A DNA stretch of 64,000 nt. Origin: Eledone cirrhosa (lineage: Eukaryota). Below the pieces are notes generated by a model. It saw nothing but the letters and a program-made list of their open reading frames with translations. It did not search any database and was not told the DNA's origin. The stretch is taken from the NCBI GenBank assembly GCA_964016885.1, contig OZ024745.1, positions 24,738,001-24,802,000 on the forward strand, read 5' to 3'. Shown one piece after another: positions 1 to 13,082 of the stretch. A program made the position numbers and the translations under genes. Numbering within the stretch: position 1 is the stretch's first letter; the number at the start of each line of letters is the position of its first letter.

Positions 1-602
1 TTAACACTAATTTAACTATTGGTTTTCCATACAACATACGTCTTGGAGATATTTTATTCTTATGGAGTAACATCACTACAAGATGTCTTCTATATTAAAA
101 AACAATACTTCAATTAGTGTTAACAAACAATCCCTTTTTTCTGCACCGACAATGTACAATATTTAGTTAATGATTCTGTCATTAATATTTTAGCAAGTAC
201 GATAGCGTATAAGCTTCTATGAAGAAGTCATAGTAAGACCAAATGTGTCTCAATTTGTCTCCTTTAATTTGCCTCGCCAAAGTAATTTAAATGCTACTAA
301 TTGGGACTAATACTGTTTTTCCTGGTAGCTAATTATTTCTGGATGTTACTTTTTTTTAATACTCCTGCATTAACTGTTAAAACTAACTTAACTATTATAT
401 TTTACCAGCCACTAACAACGCAGGTCTGTCTCTAAATCAATATATTACAATGCCTGGCAAATGCCTAATGTGTCATTTGATGACGTCCTGTCATGAATTG
501 CGTTTTGATATCATGACGTAACAATTTCACCACAGAAATATGTATTTTGGAAGTTATGGAATCTAACTTTCGTATTGTACCATTAATGCATATATGTATA
601 TA

Positions 603-680
603 CAGGGTGTCCCTATAAATGTATATACACTTTGATTATCTGCTGTTGAAATGTGTATATATTTTGGGGGGGAAACCCTG
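603..680. mobile_element. Tiny Tc1/mariner-type MITE
   Basis: TA|CAGGGT...ACCCTG|TA termini with imperfect internal inverted repeat (aatgtatatacac / gtgtatatatt) and TA flanks. Confidence 0.7.
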
Positions 681-1354
681 TATATATATGTATATATGTA
701 TATATATATATATATTGAAATTAAATTTTTATTAATCTCCCGGGCCTAGCAATTAATTAGTTAATTCAATTAGACAATTCTATTGACTGATTAATTGCTT
801 AAGTTTATTTTAAAACAACCCGGTCGAGAGCTTACTTCGATTTGTGCAGTTTTTTTGCAATTTTGTGCAACTCCTTTACACATTTTGAATGCACCCGCCA
901 AAAACAGGGGTTACCTCGCTCGCAGGGTAACCACGTGAGGTAGTGGCTTCACTAATACTTAATTTGAACCTGGTTGGCGGTTGATAGCAAAAACCTGTTG
1001 ACAAAGTGTCTGCCATGTTCAATCATTATACCAAAAGCTTACAATGAAAGCAGACAGTATACTTGATTTAAGGGTTCCAGAAACCTCCTACTTGATTTTA
1101 CCAACAAGTTCCAGGAAGGTTCAGGTAAAAATATTTTGTTAACCTGTTTAGCTTGCTCGTTTTTTCGGCTGCCTGCCTTGCCGATTCACAGCCATGTTTA
1201 TAATGGGCCTGGCCCTTATAACGTATGTTAATTGGTTTGGCTTCTCCTAATCCATTGAACGGTTGCCGGCATATCTCGAAAATTACGTTTCGTTTTGTTT
1301 TGGCGGTCACCGAAATACGATCTCGCTGAAATTATATTTGTATATATATATATA

Positions 1355-1677
<323 letters not shown>

Positions 1678-1778
1678 TTTACATATATATATATACATAT
1701 ATATATACATATACGTGTTTTGCAACTGGTCACTTTGTGGCTCAATGAAAAATTAATAAATTAAACAATCAGAGCTAT

Positions 1779-2115
1779 ATATCATAAAACATGTCTATAG
1801 AATCACAAGATAAAATATATACTATTACCTCTCCCAATTAGCATAATTAACTATATAAAAAATCGAATAGACCAGGCTATAAGAATGAGGCTTCTATGAA
1901 GAAATCTCCGACAAATAACCAAAACTAGCCCTTCGCGTCGATAAATATTCCGCTACGGCCGACGCGAAGGGCTAGTTTTGGTTATTTGTCGGAGATTTCT
2001 TCATAGAAGCCTCATTCTTATAGCCTGGTCTATTCGATTTTTTATATAGTTAATTATGCTAATTGGGAGAGGAAATAGTATATATTTTATCTTGTGATTC
2101 TATAGACATGTTTTA

Positions 2116-2165
<50 letters not shown>

Positions 2166-2378
2166 TAAAACATGTCTATAGAATCACAAGATAAAATATA
2201 TACTATTTCCTCTCCCAATTAGCATAATTAACTATATAAAAAATCGAATAGACCAGGCTATAAGAATGAGGCTTCTATGAAGAAATCTCCGACAAATACC
2301 AAAACTAGCCCTTCGCGTCGGAATACAGTAGCTATAACCCGAAAAGAAGAAAATATCAACATCATCGGTAACTACTGA
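1779..2378. repeat. ~160-bp inverted repeat (1779-1940 / 1960-2120) plus a third copy (2162-2378) across a (TA)n run
   Basis: Arms are near-perfect reverse complements with a 19-nt spacer; third copy extends into a degenerate hammerhead (minus strand cagtagtta-CCGATGA...TA-tagctactg, 2326-2377). Confidence 0.85.
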
Positions 2379-2380
2379 GC

Positions 2381-2740
2381 CGCAGGTTTTATGTTGGAGT
2401 TATCCCAGTTTCCTGAATTGCCTTCTCCTAGAAGAACGCCTTGTCAAACTCTAGGGGTCCTTCACTCCCAGTGGTTTAACCGCGCGATTGGATATCTAGC
2501 CTGAATATTTCGATGTCCCCGCGCATATACATACATATTTACACATTTTTGGATGGCCGTTGATTCTTATGAGTTCTTCCGCCCTTTGTCAGGTTTTGTT
2601 TTTTGTCCTGCAGGGTGTCCAAAATCACCCTCTTCACCAAGTAAACTTGGTGGGGTTGCCGGTTTAGTTGCCAACGACCCGTCCATGCGATAGGTTGTAC
2701 TGGGTTACATGTTACCAGTATCACTCAAGAGTGACCTGAC
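2381..2740 (-). mobile_element. Diverged 5' half of the RTE-derived non-autonomous element
   Basis: Aligns by eye to 23413-23684 (ccttctcctagaa, ttttggatggcc, cttggtggggttgcc, ggttgtactggg, gtgacctgac). Confidence 0.75.
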
Positions 2741-2741
2741 G

Positions 2742-2786
<45 letters not shown>

Positions 2787-2818
2787 GTACATATATATAT
2801 ACATATATATGTACATAC

Positions 2819-2906
<88 letters not shown>

Positions 2907-2922
2907 ACATATATATATATAC

Positions 2923-2967
<45 letters not shown>

Positions 2968-2971
2968 CATA

Positions 2972-3021
<50 letters not shown>

Positions 3022-3026
<5 letters not shown>

Positions 3027-3545
3027 TCTTTTGCTTGTCATAAAATTCTCTAAAAGGCTACAAAATAAATTCCAAAATACGGACGCGAAATTTAATGAAC
3101 TTGTTCACGTGACAGTGATAATTTCATTTATAACCAATCAAATTATATTTATTTAAAAAAAGCCTTCGTGAGCCACTTTTTTTTAAAGTAAAATGAAATT
3201 CAAACAAACTTACGCGAAAGCTGATATACTTATTCACGTGACTACATCAACCAACCAAACTTCACTCATATATGAAAAACCAACCTGCTATATTCACTGA
3301 ACCAGAACAATTCTCCCATCCCATTTCTCTTGACCATTATCTTTTGTTTGTCATAAAATTCTCTAAAAGGCTACAAAATAAATTCCCAAATACGGGCGCG
3401 AAATTTAATGAACTTGTTCACGTGACAAACATAATTTAATTTATAGCCAATCAAATTACATTTATTAAAAAAAAAAGCCTTCGTCAGCCCCCTTTTTTTA
3501 AGTAAAAAGAAATTCAAACACTCATATATGAAAAAACAACCTGAC
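3022..3545. repeat. Tandem duplication, ~315-bp period
   Basis: attatcttttg(c/t)ttgtcataaaattctctaaaaggctacaaaataaattcc recurs at ~3023 and ~3337 with colinear downstream sequence. Confidence 0.8.
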
Positions 3546-3899
3546 CCCCCCCCCCTTGTTTGAAGAACTTTGTAACGCGAACTGGCGTGAAATTTATTAT
3601 ACTTATTGACCAACCAATCAAATTACTTCTCTAAAAACCTGGCGTTTCGAGCCACTTTTTTCCATATAAAACAAGTAACATTCAAAGACCAACCAGATGT
3701 GAGAAAAACCACAGACCCTCCATCTCAACTCTACTTTTGAAAAGCAGAAGAACTGCGAAACCGGTAAAGGAACCAAATAAATATATATATATATTTTAAA
3801 ATAAGACTCCAGTTGCATTTTCGATTTCATCTTTTTTTCTTTATACTTTCACTCGTGTAGGACACCTCGGTTATTTTTCATTTTGTAAAAAAACCTCAC

Positions 3900-3953
<54 letters not shown>

Positions 3954-4439
3954 TATATGTGTGTGAGTGCATGTATGTGTATGTGTTTATGTATATGAAA
4001 AACGAAAGAGAAAGTAGACATAAACTGAATCCTATACAAACATTGACAGATAGAAGATGGTTACTGTTAGACTGCAAAATTCTGCATTCATTTAGATTTA
4101 TTACGAACATAAATATGTAATCTCCGAGGGGCGGATTTAGTATATTACATACAATATGTCCTTCCTACTTCTGGTTATACTAAGGTTATGAGGTTAATAA
4201 TTCTGTTAATGATCATTAACTTGCTAAGTTCCCAATATTGCTGCTGGTTGGTGTTACACGTGATTCGGCATCAACATAGGATAATTAAATTCTAAAACGT
4301 CTGGGTAGTCGTTAAACAGGTCATTTTTATAACATTCATAAATGAACAAGTATATATATATATGTACATGCGTATATACAGTTATATATATATATATATG
4401 TGTGTGTGCGTGTGTGTGTGTGCATATACACACACAGAT

Positions 4440-4488
<49 letters not shown>

Positions 4489-4591
4489 AATGGAAGTTTA
4501 ATAAAATCGAAGTTTTGGCTGTGGCCAAGCTAACGATATACAATCAGGAATGTGCAGCAAAGCACTCGATAAGGTTGTGTCACCTTAGAGT

Positions 4592-4780
4592 AATAACTGT
4601 TTCTACTTTAGGCACAAGGCCAGCAATTACCCAGTGCATTACTGGTACTTTATTTTATCGACCCGGTAAGGATGAAAGGCAAAGTCAACCTCGGCGGGAT
4701 TTGAACTCAGATCGTAAAGGGACGTAACTATGCTGCAAAGCATGGCGTCCGACCCTCTACCGATACTGCCAATCCACCTT
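4592..4780 (-). mobile_element. tRNA-derived SINE
   Basis: Minus strand: A-box TGGCAGTATCGG, B-box GAGTTCAAATCC, central tttgcctttcatcct...gtcgataaaataaagtaccag (Meta/Nin-like core); multiple copies in window. Confidence 0.85.
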
Positions 4781-4878
4781 AGAGTAATAACATACATTAG
4801 ATAGCTTGACAAATTGAAAACTGCGACAGGTGAGCCCAGCCACATGAAACCAAAGCAACGAAAAAAAAAAAACAGGTC

Positions 4879-4936
<58 letters not shown>

Positions 4937-4941
<5 letters not shown>

Positions 4942-5180
4942 ATACTTGGGGAGGGTCATATTGTTGTAATAATATTGCCAGAAATAATAATAGAACACAC
5001 TCAATGTTTGGTTGGTTTTCGCTTCTGTATCTTTTATATCTCCACAGTTAATTCATTGACTGACCAACGGTCAAAAATACAGATATAATATAGATATAAA
5101 CACATATATATAGTCTAACAAAGTTCTTTCGTTGCACATCTGCAACATCATCAGTGGTACTATTATGTTCCTCCTGTTGT

Positions 5181-5187
<7 letters not shown>
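4937..5187 (-). mobile_element. Solo pLTR fragment of the large PLE family, with hammerhead core
   Basis: Homologous to 50905-51185; minus strand CTGATGA-tgttgca-gatg-tgcaac-GAAA at 5127-5154; same 3' end abutting (TA)n. Confidence 0.85.
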
Positions 5188-5262
<75 letters not shown>

Positions 5263-5994
5263 TGTGTGCGTGTGTGCGTGTGTGTGTGTGTTTGTGTAGG
5301 TGTATGTGTGTTTGGGTAGTATGTGTGTGCGTGTGTGTGTTTTTGTGTAATTTCTGTTTATGTAGTGTATATGTGTGTATGTGTGCGTGTGTTTGTGTAG
5401 TGTGTATGTATGTGTGTGGGTGGGTGTTTGTATATTGTGTGTGTGTGTGTTTGTGTAATGTGTATATGTTAGTGTTGTGTGTGTAGGATGTGTGTGTATC
5501 TGTGTAGTGTGTGTGTGTTTATGTTGTGTGTTTATGTATAATATAGCATGAAAGTAATAAATATTTAGAACACTGTTCGTTGGTGACCATTCTTGTAGCT
5601 TTGGAGAATTCTGTTGGTTTCTTTGGCCTATACCTCCTGAGTTATATCATAAATATGGCAGCTGTCATGATTAAGAAGGCGAGCTAAGAAGGCTTTTGAA
5701 ATATGATTCATATAAGGATATCAATGGTAGCGTTTGGTTCCCTAGTAATGTTGGTATATCTAGAGGTCGTAGGGAAGCTGACTGAGCAAGGTAAAGTGAG
5801 AGATTTTGCATGAGAGAGAGTGAGAGAGTGAGGAAAAGAAACAACGTGAAAGACAGAGAAAGAGTGTGTGAGTGTGTGTGTGTGTGTGTGTATGTGTGTG
5901 TGCGTGTGTGTGTGTGTGTCTGTGTGCGTGTGAGTGAAACAGAAAGAGAGAGAGGGTGGAAGAGAATCAATGTGAAAGACAGAGAGAGAGAGAG

Positions 5995-6070
<76 letters not shown>

Positions 6071-6296
6071 TGAAACAGAGAGAGAGAGAGGGTGGAAGAG
6101 AATCAATGTCAAAGACACAGAGAGAGAGAGAGAGAGAGAGAGTGTGTGTGTGTGTGTGTGTGCGTCTGTGTGTGTGTGTGTGTGTGTGTGAAACAGAGAG
6201 AGATAAAAAGAGAGAGGGGAGACATACATTGTGAAACACAGAGAGAAAGGGAAAGAGAGAGTGGTGGGAGAGACAATGTGAATCAAAGAGAGAGAG

Positions 6297-6333
<37 letters not shown>

Positions 6334-6481
6334 CAGAGAGGAAGTGAGAAAGACAATATAAAACAGGGAGAGAGAGATACATGAAACAGACAGAGAGAGA
6401 GAGAGAAGGAAAGAAACAGAGATAGGCAGACAGAAATAGAGAGAGGGGGAAAGTTTAGAAATTTAGGGTCATGTAAGATGA

Positions 6482-6671
6482 AATAATTGTTTCTACTTTT
6501 GGCACAAGGCCAGCAATAAATCCAGTAGATTACTGGTACTTTATTTTATCAACCCCGTAAGGATGAAAGGCAAAGTTAACCTCGGCGGGATTTGAACTCA
6601 GACCATAAAGGGCCGTAACTCTATGCTAGAAAGCATGGCGTCCGACCCTCTACCGATACTGCCAATCCACC
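6482..6671 (-). mobile_element. tRNA-derived SINE
   Basis: Same family as 4592-4780, A and B boxes present. Confidence 0.85.
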
Positions 6672-6884
6672 AACGTTGTAAGATGAAATAATAAATACAA
6701 ATACAGAAGGAAAGATTCGTCTGAAATGAAGGAAACGAATGGGAAATGAGAAAGGATGAAAATAGATAAAGGGAGAGAAACAGAAATACAGTTGTTATTG
6801 ATGATGATGATGTTGACGGTGTTGTTGTTGTTGTTGTTGATGATATTGTTGTTGTTGTTGTTGTTATTGTTTATGTTGTTGCGG

Positions 6885-6922
<38 letters not shown>

Positions 6923-6950
6923 ATGATATTGTTGCTGTTGTTGTTGCTGT

Positions 6951-6982
<32 letters not shown>

Positions 6983-7045
6983 ATGATATTGTTGCTGTTG
7001 TTGTTGTTGTTGTTGTTGATGTTATTGATGTTGTTGTTGTTGCTA

Positions 7046-7111
<66 letters not shown>

Positions 7112-7533
7112 ATGTTGTTGTTCTAGCAGGTCGTATGATTACGTAAGGATTGTTATTGTTGCTGAAGTTATTGATAATGAATGACACTAGTTATATTATT
7201 ATAATTGAAGCTTAGCCGAGGTTAACCATGGCAGAGTCAATTTAATGACCAACAATGTCCACCCTACGTAACATTTCAGTGTTTTCTTTGTCAGGAATTG
7301 AACATCTACGACTAAATTATCCCATATTTCTTCCTTTATTAAGGTAGAAGCGTCTGATTTGAAGGAGATTTATTGCTATTTCTAACGGGTTGGATGTCAA
7401 AAAACAACTGTTATTGTCAGGGGGGGGGGGGGGGGTGTAAAGAAATACACATGACACTCGATGACACAGTTGAGACCTAAATTGAAGACACAGGTGAGAA
7501 GGGTGATGTGTGCGTGTGGACGTCTGTGTGGAC

Positions 7534-7571
<38 letters not shown>

Positions 7572-7687
7572 AATATATAAGCTATAAGAAACTCTCACAC
7601 TGAGATCACACTCTATTACCTCAAAATTAAAACCAAAGGACACCCTAGACAAAGTAGACGTTGGTATACTAACAAAAAGGTGGTTTA

Positions 7688-7808
7688 ATCACGACACAAG
7701 CGTGGAAACGCGGACGTAAAAACGGTGATGATGATGACGATGATGATGATCATCATCATCATCATCATCACGACGATGATGACGATGATGATGATGATGA
7801 TGATTATA

Positions 7809-7869
<61 letters not shown>

Positions 7870-7937
7870 GGATGATGATGATGACGATGCGGAGAATAAT
7901 GATGATTATAATGATGATGATGATGATGATGATGATG
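7688..7937 (+). mobile_element. RTE-type LINE 3' tail followed by (GAT)n
   Basis: caagcgtggaaacgcggacgtaaaa then (gat)n, similar to the reverse complement of the RTE end at 37981-38030. Confidence 0.5.
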
Positions 7938-8199
7938 AAACATTTGAACATACCTAGGTCTTCTCTATCAGCGCTAATCGGTGCAAAAGAACACCAACAA
8001 AAACAATAATTACGTAATTCATTCTTTTTCGGTTCTTGGTTATGTGTTACACCTATCCACAAAGAGACCAATTAGAGCCTCTTTCAAGTGGAAACCAGAG
8101 GAAGGGGGTCTAACAGACGTGGGAGACCTTTAAAGAAGGACCTGGTTGAGGTATGTGGAGAAGGTATTAGCAGATATAGCCTTAACCTAGGAACAGGCT

Positions 8200-8390
8200 C
8201 GTGACGAGGCTTGCGACCCTGCTCAATGGAGATCCCTCGCGTGACAAGGCTTGCTACCTTACTCGATGGAGATCTCTTACCATTCAGGCATGTTACAAGC
8301 CTTGTGACCCTGCTCGATGGAGGTGCCTTGCCATTCAGGCATATGACAAGTCTTGCGACCCTGCTCGGTGGAGGTCTCTCACCATTTAAT
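8200..8390. repeat. Short imperfect tandem repeat, ~40-50 bp x4
   Basis: gacaag(g/t)cttgcgaccctgctcgatggag...ccattcaggca recurs four times. Confidence 0.7.
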
Positions 8391-8574
8391 ACACCTTATG
8401 AATCAGGAATAACGAACTTTCTTTTATTCCTTTACGGTTTGTCATGCTGGAGCACTGATAAAAAAGGGCACAAAACAAAGAGCCACACTGGCATGGAATT
8501 GTACCTGGGGTCTTTATCAGGTAGTGAGCCAGGAATACTTCACACTACACTATCGAGGATCAATTAAAATTAGA

Positions 8575-11500
8575 ACGATGTAAATTGGATTTCTAGTCCA
8601 ACACCTAACAATGTAAACTGGATGTCTAGTCCAACACCTAACCATGTAAACTGGATTTCTAGTCCAACACCTAACCATGTAAACTGGATCTCTAGTCCAA
8701 CTCCTAACCATGTAAACTAGATTTCTAGTCCAACTCCCAAACATGTAAACTAGATTTCTAGTCCAACTCCTAACCATGTAAACTGGATTTCTAGTCCAAA
8801 TCATAACCATGTCAACTGGATCTCTTGTCCAACACCTAACCATGTAAACTGGATCTCTAGTCCAACTCCTAACCATGTAAACTAGATTTCTAGTCCAACT
8901 CCCAAACATGTAAACTAGATTTCTAGTCCAACTCCTAACCATGTCAACTGGATCTCTAGTCCAACTCCTAACCATGTAAACTAGATCTCTAGTCCAGCTC
9001 CTAACCATGTAAACTAGATTTATAGTCAAACTCCTAACCATGTTAACTTGATTTCTAGTCCAACTCCTAACCATGTAAACTAGATTTCGAGTCCAACTCC
9101 TAACCATGTAAACTAGATTTCTAGTCCAAATCCAAACCATGTAAACTGTATTTCTAGTCCAACCCCTAACCATGTAAAGGATTTCTAGTCCAACTCCTAA
9201 TCATTTAAACTAGATTTCTAGTCAAACTCCTAACCAAGTAAACTAGATTTCTAGTCCAACTCTTAACCATGTAAACTAGATTGCTAGTCCAACTCTTAAC
9301 CATGTAAACTGGATCTCTAGTCCAACTCCTAACCATGTAAACTGGATCTCTAGTCCAATTCCTAACCATGTAAACTGGATCTCTAGTCCAACTCCTAAAC
9401 TTGTAAACTATATTTCTAGTCCAACTCCTAACCATGTAAACTGGATCTCTAGTCCAACCCCTAACCATCTAATCTAGATTTCTAGTCCAACTCCTAACCA
9501 TGTAAACCAGATTTCTAGTCCAACTCCTAACCATGTAAACTAGATTTCTAGTCCAACTCTTAACTATGTAAACTGGATTTCTAGTCCAACTCCTAATCAT
9601 GTAAACTGGATTTCTAGTCCAACTCCTAATCATGTAAATTAGATTTTTAGTCCAACTCCTAAACATGTAAACTAGATTTCTAGTCCAACTCCTAACCATG
9701 TAAACTAGATTTCTAGTCCAACTCCTAACAATGTAAACTAAATTTCTAGTCCAACTCTTAACCATGTAATCTAGATTTCTAGTCCAACTCCTAACCATAT
9801 AAACTGGATCTCTAGTCCAACTCTTAACCATGTAAACTAGATCTCTAGTCCGACTTCTAACAATGTAAACTAGATTTCTAGTCCAACTCCTAACCATGTG
9901 AACTAGATTTCTAGTCCAACTCCTAACCATCTAAACTAGATTTCTAGTTCAACTCCAAACCATGTAAACTGGATTTCTAGTCCAACTCCTAACCAAGTAA
10001 ACTAGATTTCTAGTCCAACCCTAACCATGTAAACTGGATCTCTTGACCAATTCCAAACCATGTAAACTGGATCTCTAGTCAAACTCCTAACCATGTAAAC
10101 TAGATTTCTAGTCCAACTCTTAAACATGTAAACTAGATTTCGAGTCCAACTCTTAACCATGTCAACGGGATCTCTAGTCCAACTCCTAACCATGTAAACT
10201 AGATCTCTAGTCCAGCTCCTAACCATGTAAACTGGATTCCTAGTCCAAACCCTAACCATGGAAACTAGATTTTTAGTCCAACTCCTAACCATGTAAACTG
10301 GATCTCTAGTCAAACTCTTAACCATATAAACTGGATCTGTAGTCCAACTCCTAACCATGTAAACTAGACTTCTAGTCCAACTCCTAATCATGTAAACTAG
10401 ATTTCTAGTACAACCCCTAACCATGTAAACCAGATTTCTAGTCCAGCTCCTAACCATGTAAACTAGATTTCTAGTCCAATTCCTAACCATGTAAACTAGA
10501 TTTCTAGTCCAACTCCTAACCATGTAAACTAGATTTCTAGTCTAACTCTTACCCATGTAAACTAGATTTCTAGTCCAGCTCCTAACCATGTAAACTAGAT
10601 TTCTAGTCCAACTCCTAACCATCTAAACTAGATTTCTAGTCCAACTCCTAACCATGTAAACTGGATTTCTAGTCCAACCCCTAACTCTGTAAACTGGATT
10701 TCTAGTCCAAACCCTAACCATGTAAACTAGATTTCTAGTCCAACTCCTAACCATGTAAACTGGATTTCTAGTCCAACTCCTAACCATGTAAACTAGATTT
10801 CTAGTCCAACCCCTAACCATCTAATCTAGATTTCTAGTCCAACTCCTAACCATGTAAACTAGATCTCTAGTCCAACTCCTAACCATGTAAACTAGATTTC
10901 TAGTCCAACTCCTAACCATGTAAACTGGATTTCTAGTCCAACTCCTAACCATGTAAACTAGATTTCTAGTCCAACCCCTAACCATCTAAACTAGATTTCT
11001 AGTCCAACTCCTAACCATGTAAACTAGATTTCTAGTCCAACCCCTAACTCTGTAAACTGGATTTCTAGTCCAACCCCTAACCATCTAATCTAGATTTCTA
11101 GTCCAACTCCTAACCATGTAAACTAGATCTCTAGTCCAACTCCTAACCATGTAAACTAGATTTCTAGTCCAACTCCTAACAATGTAATCTGGATTTCTAG
11201 TCCAACTCCTAACCATGTAAACTAGATTTCTAGTCCAACCCCTAACCATCTAATCTAGATTTCTAGTCCAACTCCTAACCATGTAAACCAGATTTCTAGT
11301 CCAACTCCTAACCATGTAAACTAGATTTCTAGTCCAACTCCTAACCATGTAAACTAGATTTCTAGTCCAACTCCTAACCATGTAAATTAGATTTCTAGTC
11401 CAACTCCTAACCATGTAAACTAGATTTCTAGTCCAACCCCTAACCATCTAATCTAGATTTCTAGTCCAACTCCTAACCATGTAAACCAGATTTCTAGTCC

Positions 11501-11677
11501 AACTCCTAACCATGTAAACTAGATTTCTAGTCCAACTCCTAACCATGTAAACTAGATTTCTAGTCCAACTCCTAACCATGTAAATTAGATTTCTAGTCCA
11601 ACTCCTAACCATGTAAACTAGATTTCTAGTCCTACTCCTAACCATGTAAACTAGATTTCTAGTCCAACTCCTAACCA
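8575..11677. repeat. 33-bp minisatellite array (~94 units)
   Basis: Consensus ctagtccaactcctaaccatgtaaactagattt repeated head-to-tail; explains the MVRSWTRNLVY pseudo-ORFs. Confidence 0.97.
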
Positions 11678-12246
11678 TTCGGCCATTGCACTACTGCATA
11701 ATTGTTTTTATTTAATTATTTATTTATTCATTTGTTTTTTCACTTGTGTCCTTGGCTGTATTTCCAACACAGATTACAACTAGACATTTCGAATTATAGT
11801 AATTATAATGATGTATGGATAAATAGACAAACAGACAGATAATAGCGACACACACACACATATACACACACATATATATATATACATACAGAGAGACACA
11901 CACACATACACTCATACATACATACACACACATATACACACACATACATACATACACACATACACGCATACATACACATATACAGACACACAGACACACA
12001 TATACACACACGTACATACACACATACACACACACACACATACACACACAGACACACACACAGACATACACACACTCATACACACATACACAAACACAGT
12101 GACATAAGATGGGAAACAGACTTTTCAATATCAATCTGTCCTTTCAACGCTTCTTCCTCCACTTCACACTATTTCTCCGTCTCTCTTTCTCACATTTTCT
12201 TTTCCCTTCTCTCTTTCTTTCTCCTCTCTCTCTCCCTCGCGCTCTT

Positions 12247-12297
<51 letters not shown>

Positions 12298-12370
12298 ATA
12301 ATAATAGTAATAATAATAATAGTAATAATAATAAATTTGAAGACTAAAATCCAAAGAGGGCTCGATAAGG

Positions 12371-12466
<96 letters not shown>

Positions 12467-12512
12467 ATATGTGTATGTTTGTGTGTGTGTGTGTATGTAT
12501 ACACACACATAC

Positions 12513-12565
<53 letters not shown>

Positions 12566-12666
12566 GTGTGTGTGTGTGTACATATATATATATATATGAA
12601 TAAATTTACTTCTTCATCAGTGATCTTCCAACCTTCATTGGTATTTCATACATATATACATATATT

Positions 12667-12861
<195 letters not shown>

Positions 12862-13082
12862 GTATATATATATATATGTATGTATATATGTGTGTGCTTG
12901 TATGTGTGTGTATGTATACACACACATACAGTATATATATATATATATATATATATTCATCCATCTATCATTTTCTCTCTCTTCATCTCTAGTTTTACAC
13001 ACACACCCCTCCCATCTTTCTTCTTATTTATGCCAATTCTTCTAGAACCGACATTTTGATGTTGGTAGTGTTGATAGAAGTA

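Noticed and set aside
212-255. Hammerhead-like atgaaga-agtc...gac-caaa
   Set aside because: Both conserved core segments are mutated and no stem I is evident
8550-11678. MVRSWTRNLVY repeat protein or CRISPR-like 33-bp repeats
   Set aside because: Head-to-tail minisatellite with no unique spacers, frequent stops and no cas genes; eukaryotic context
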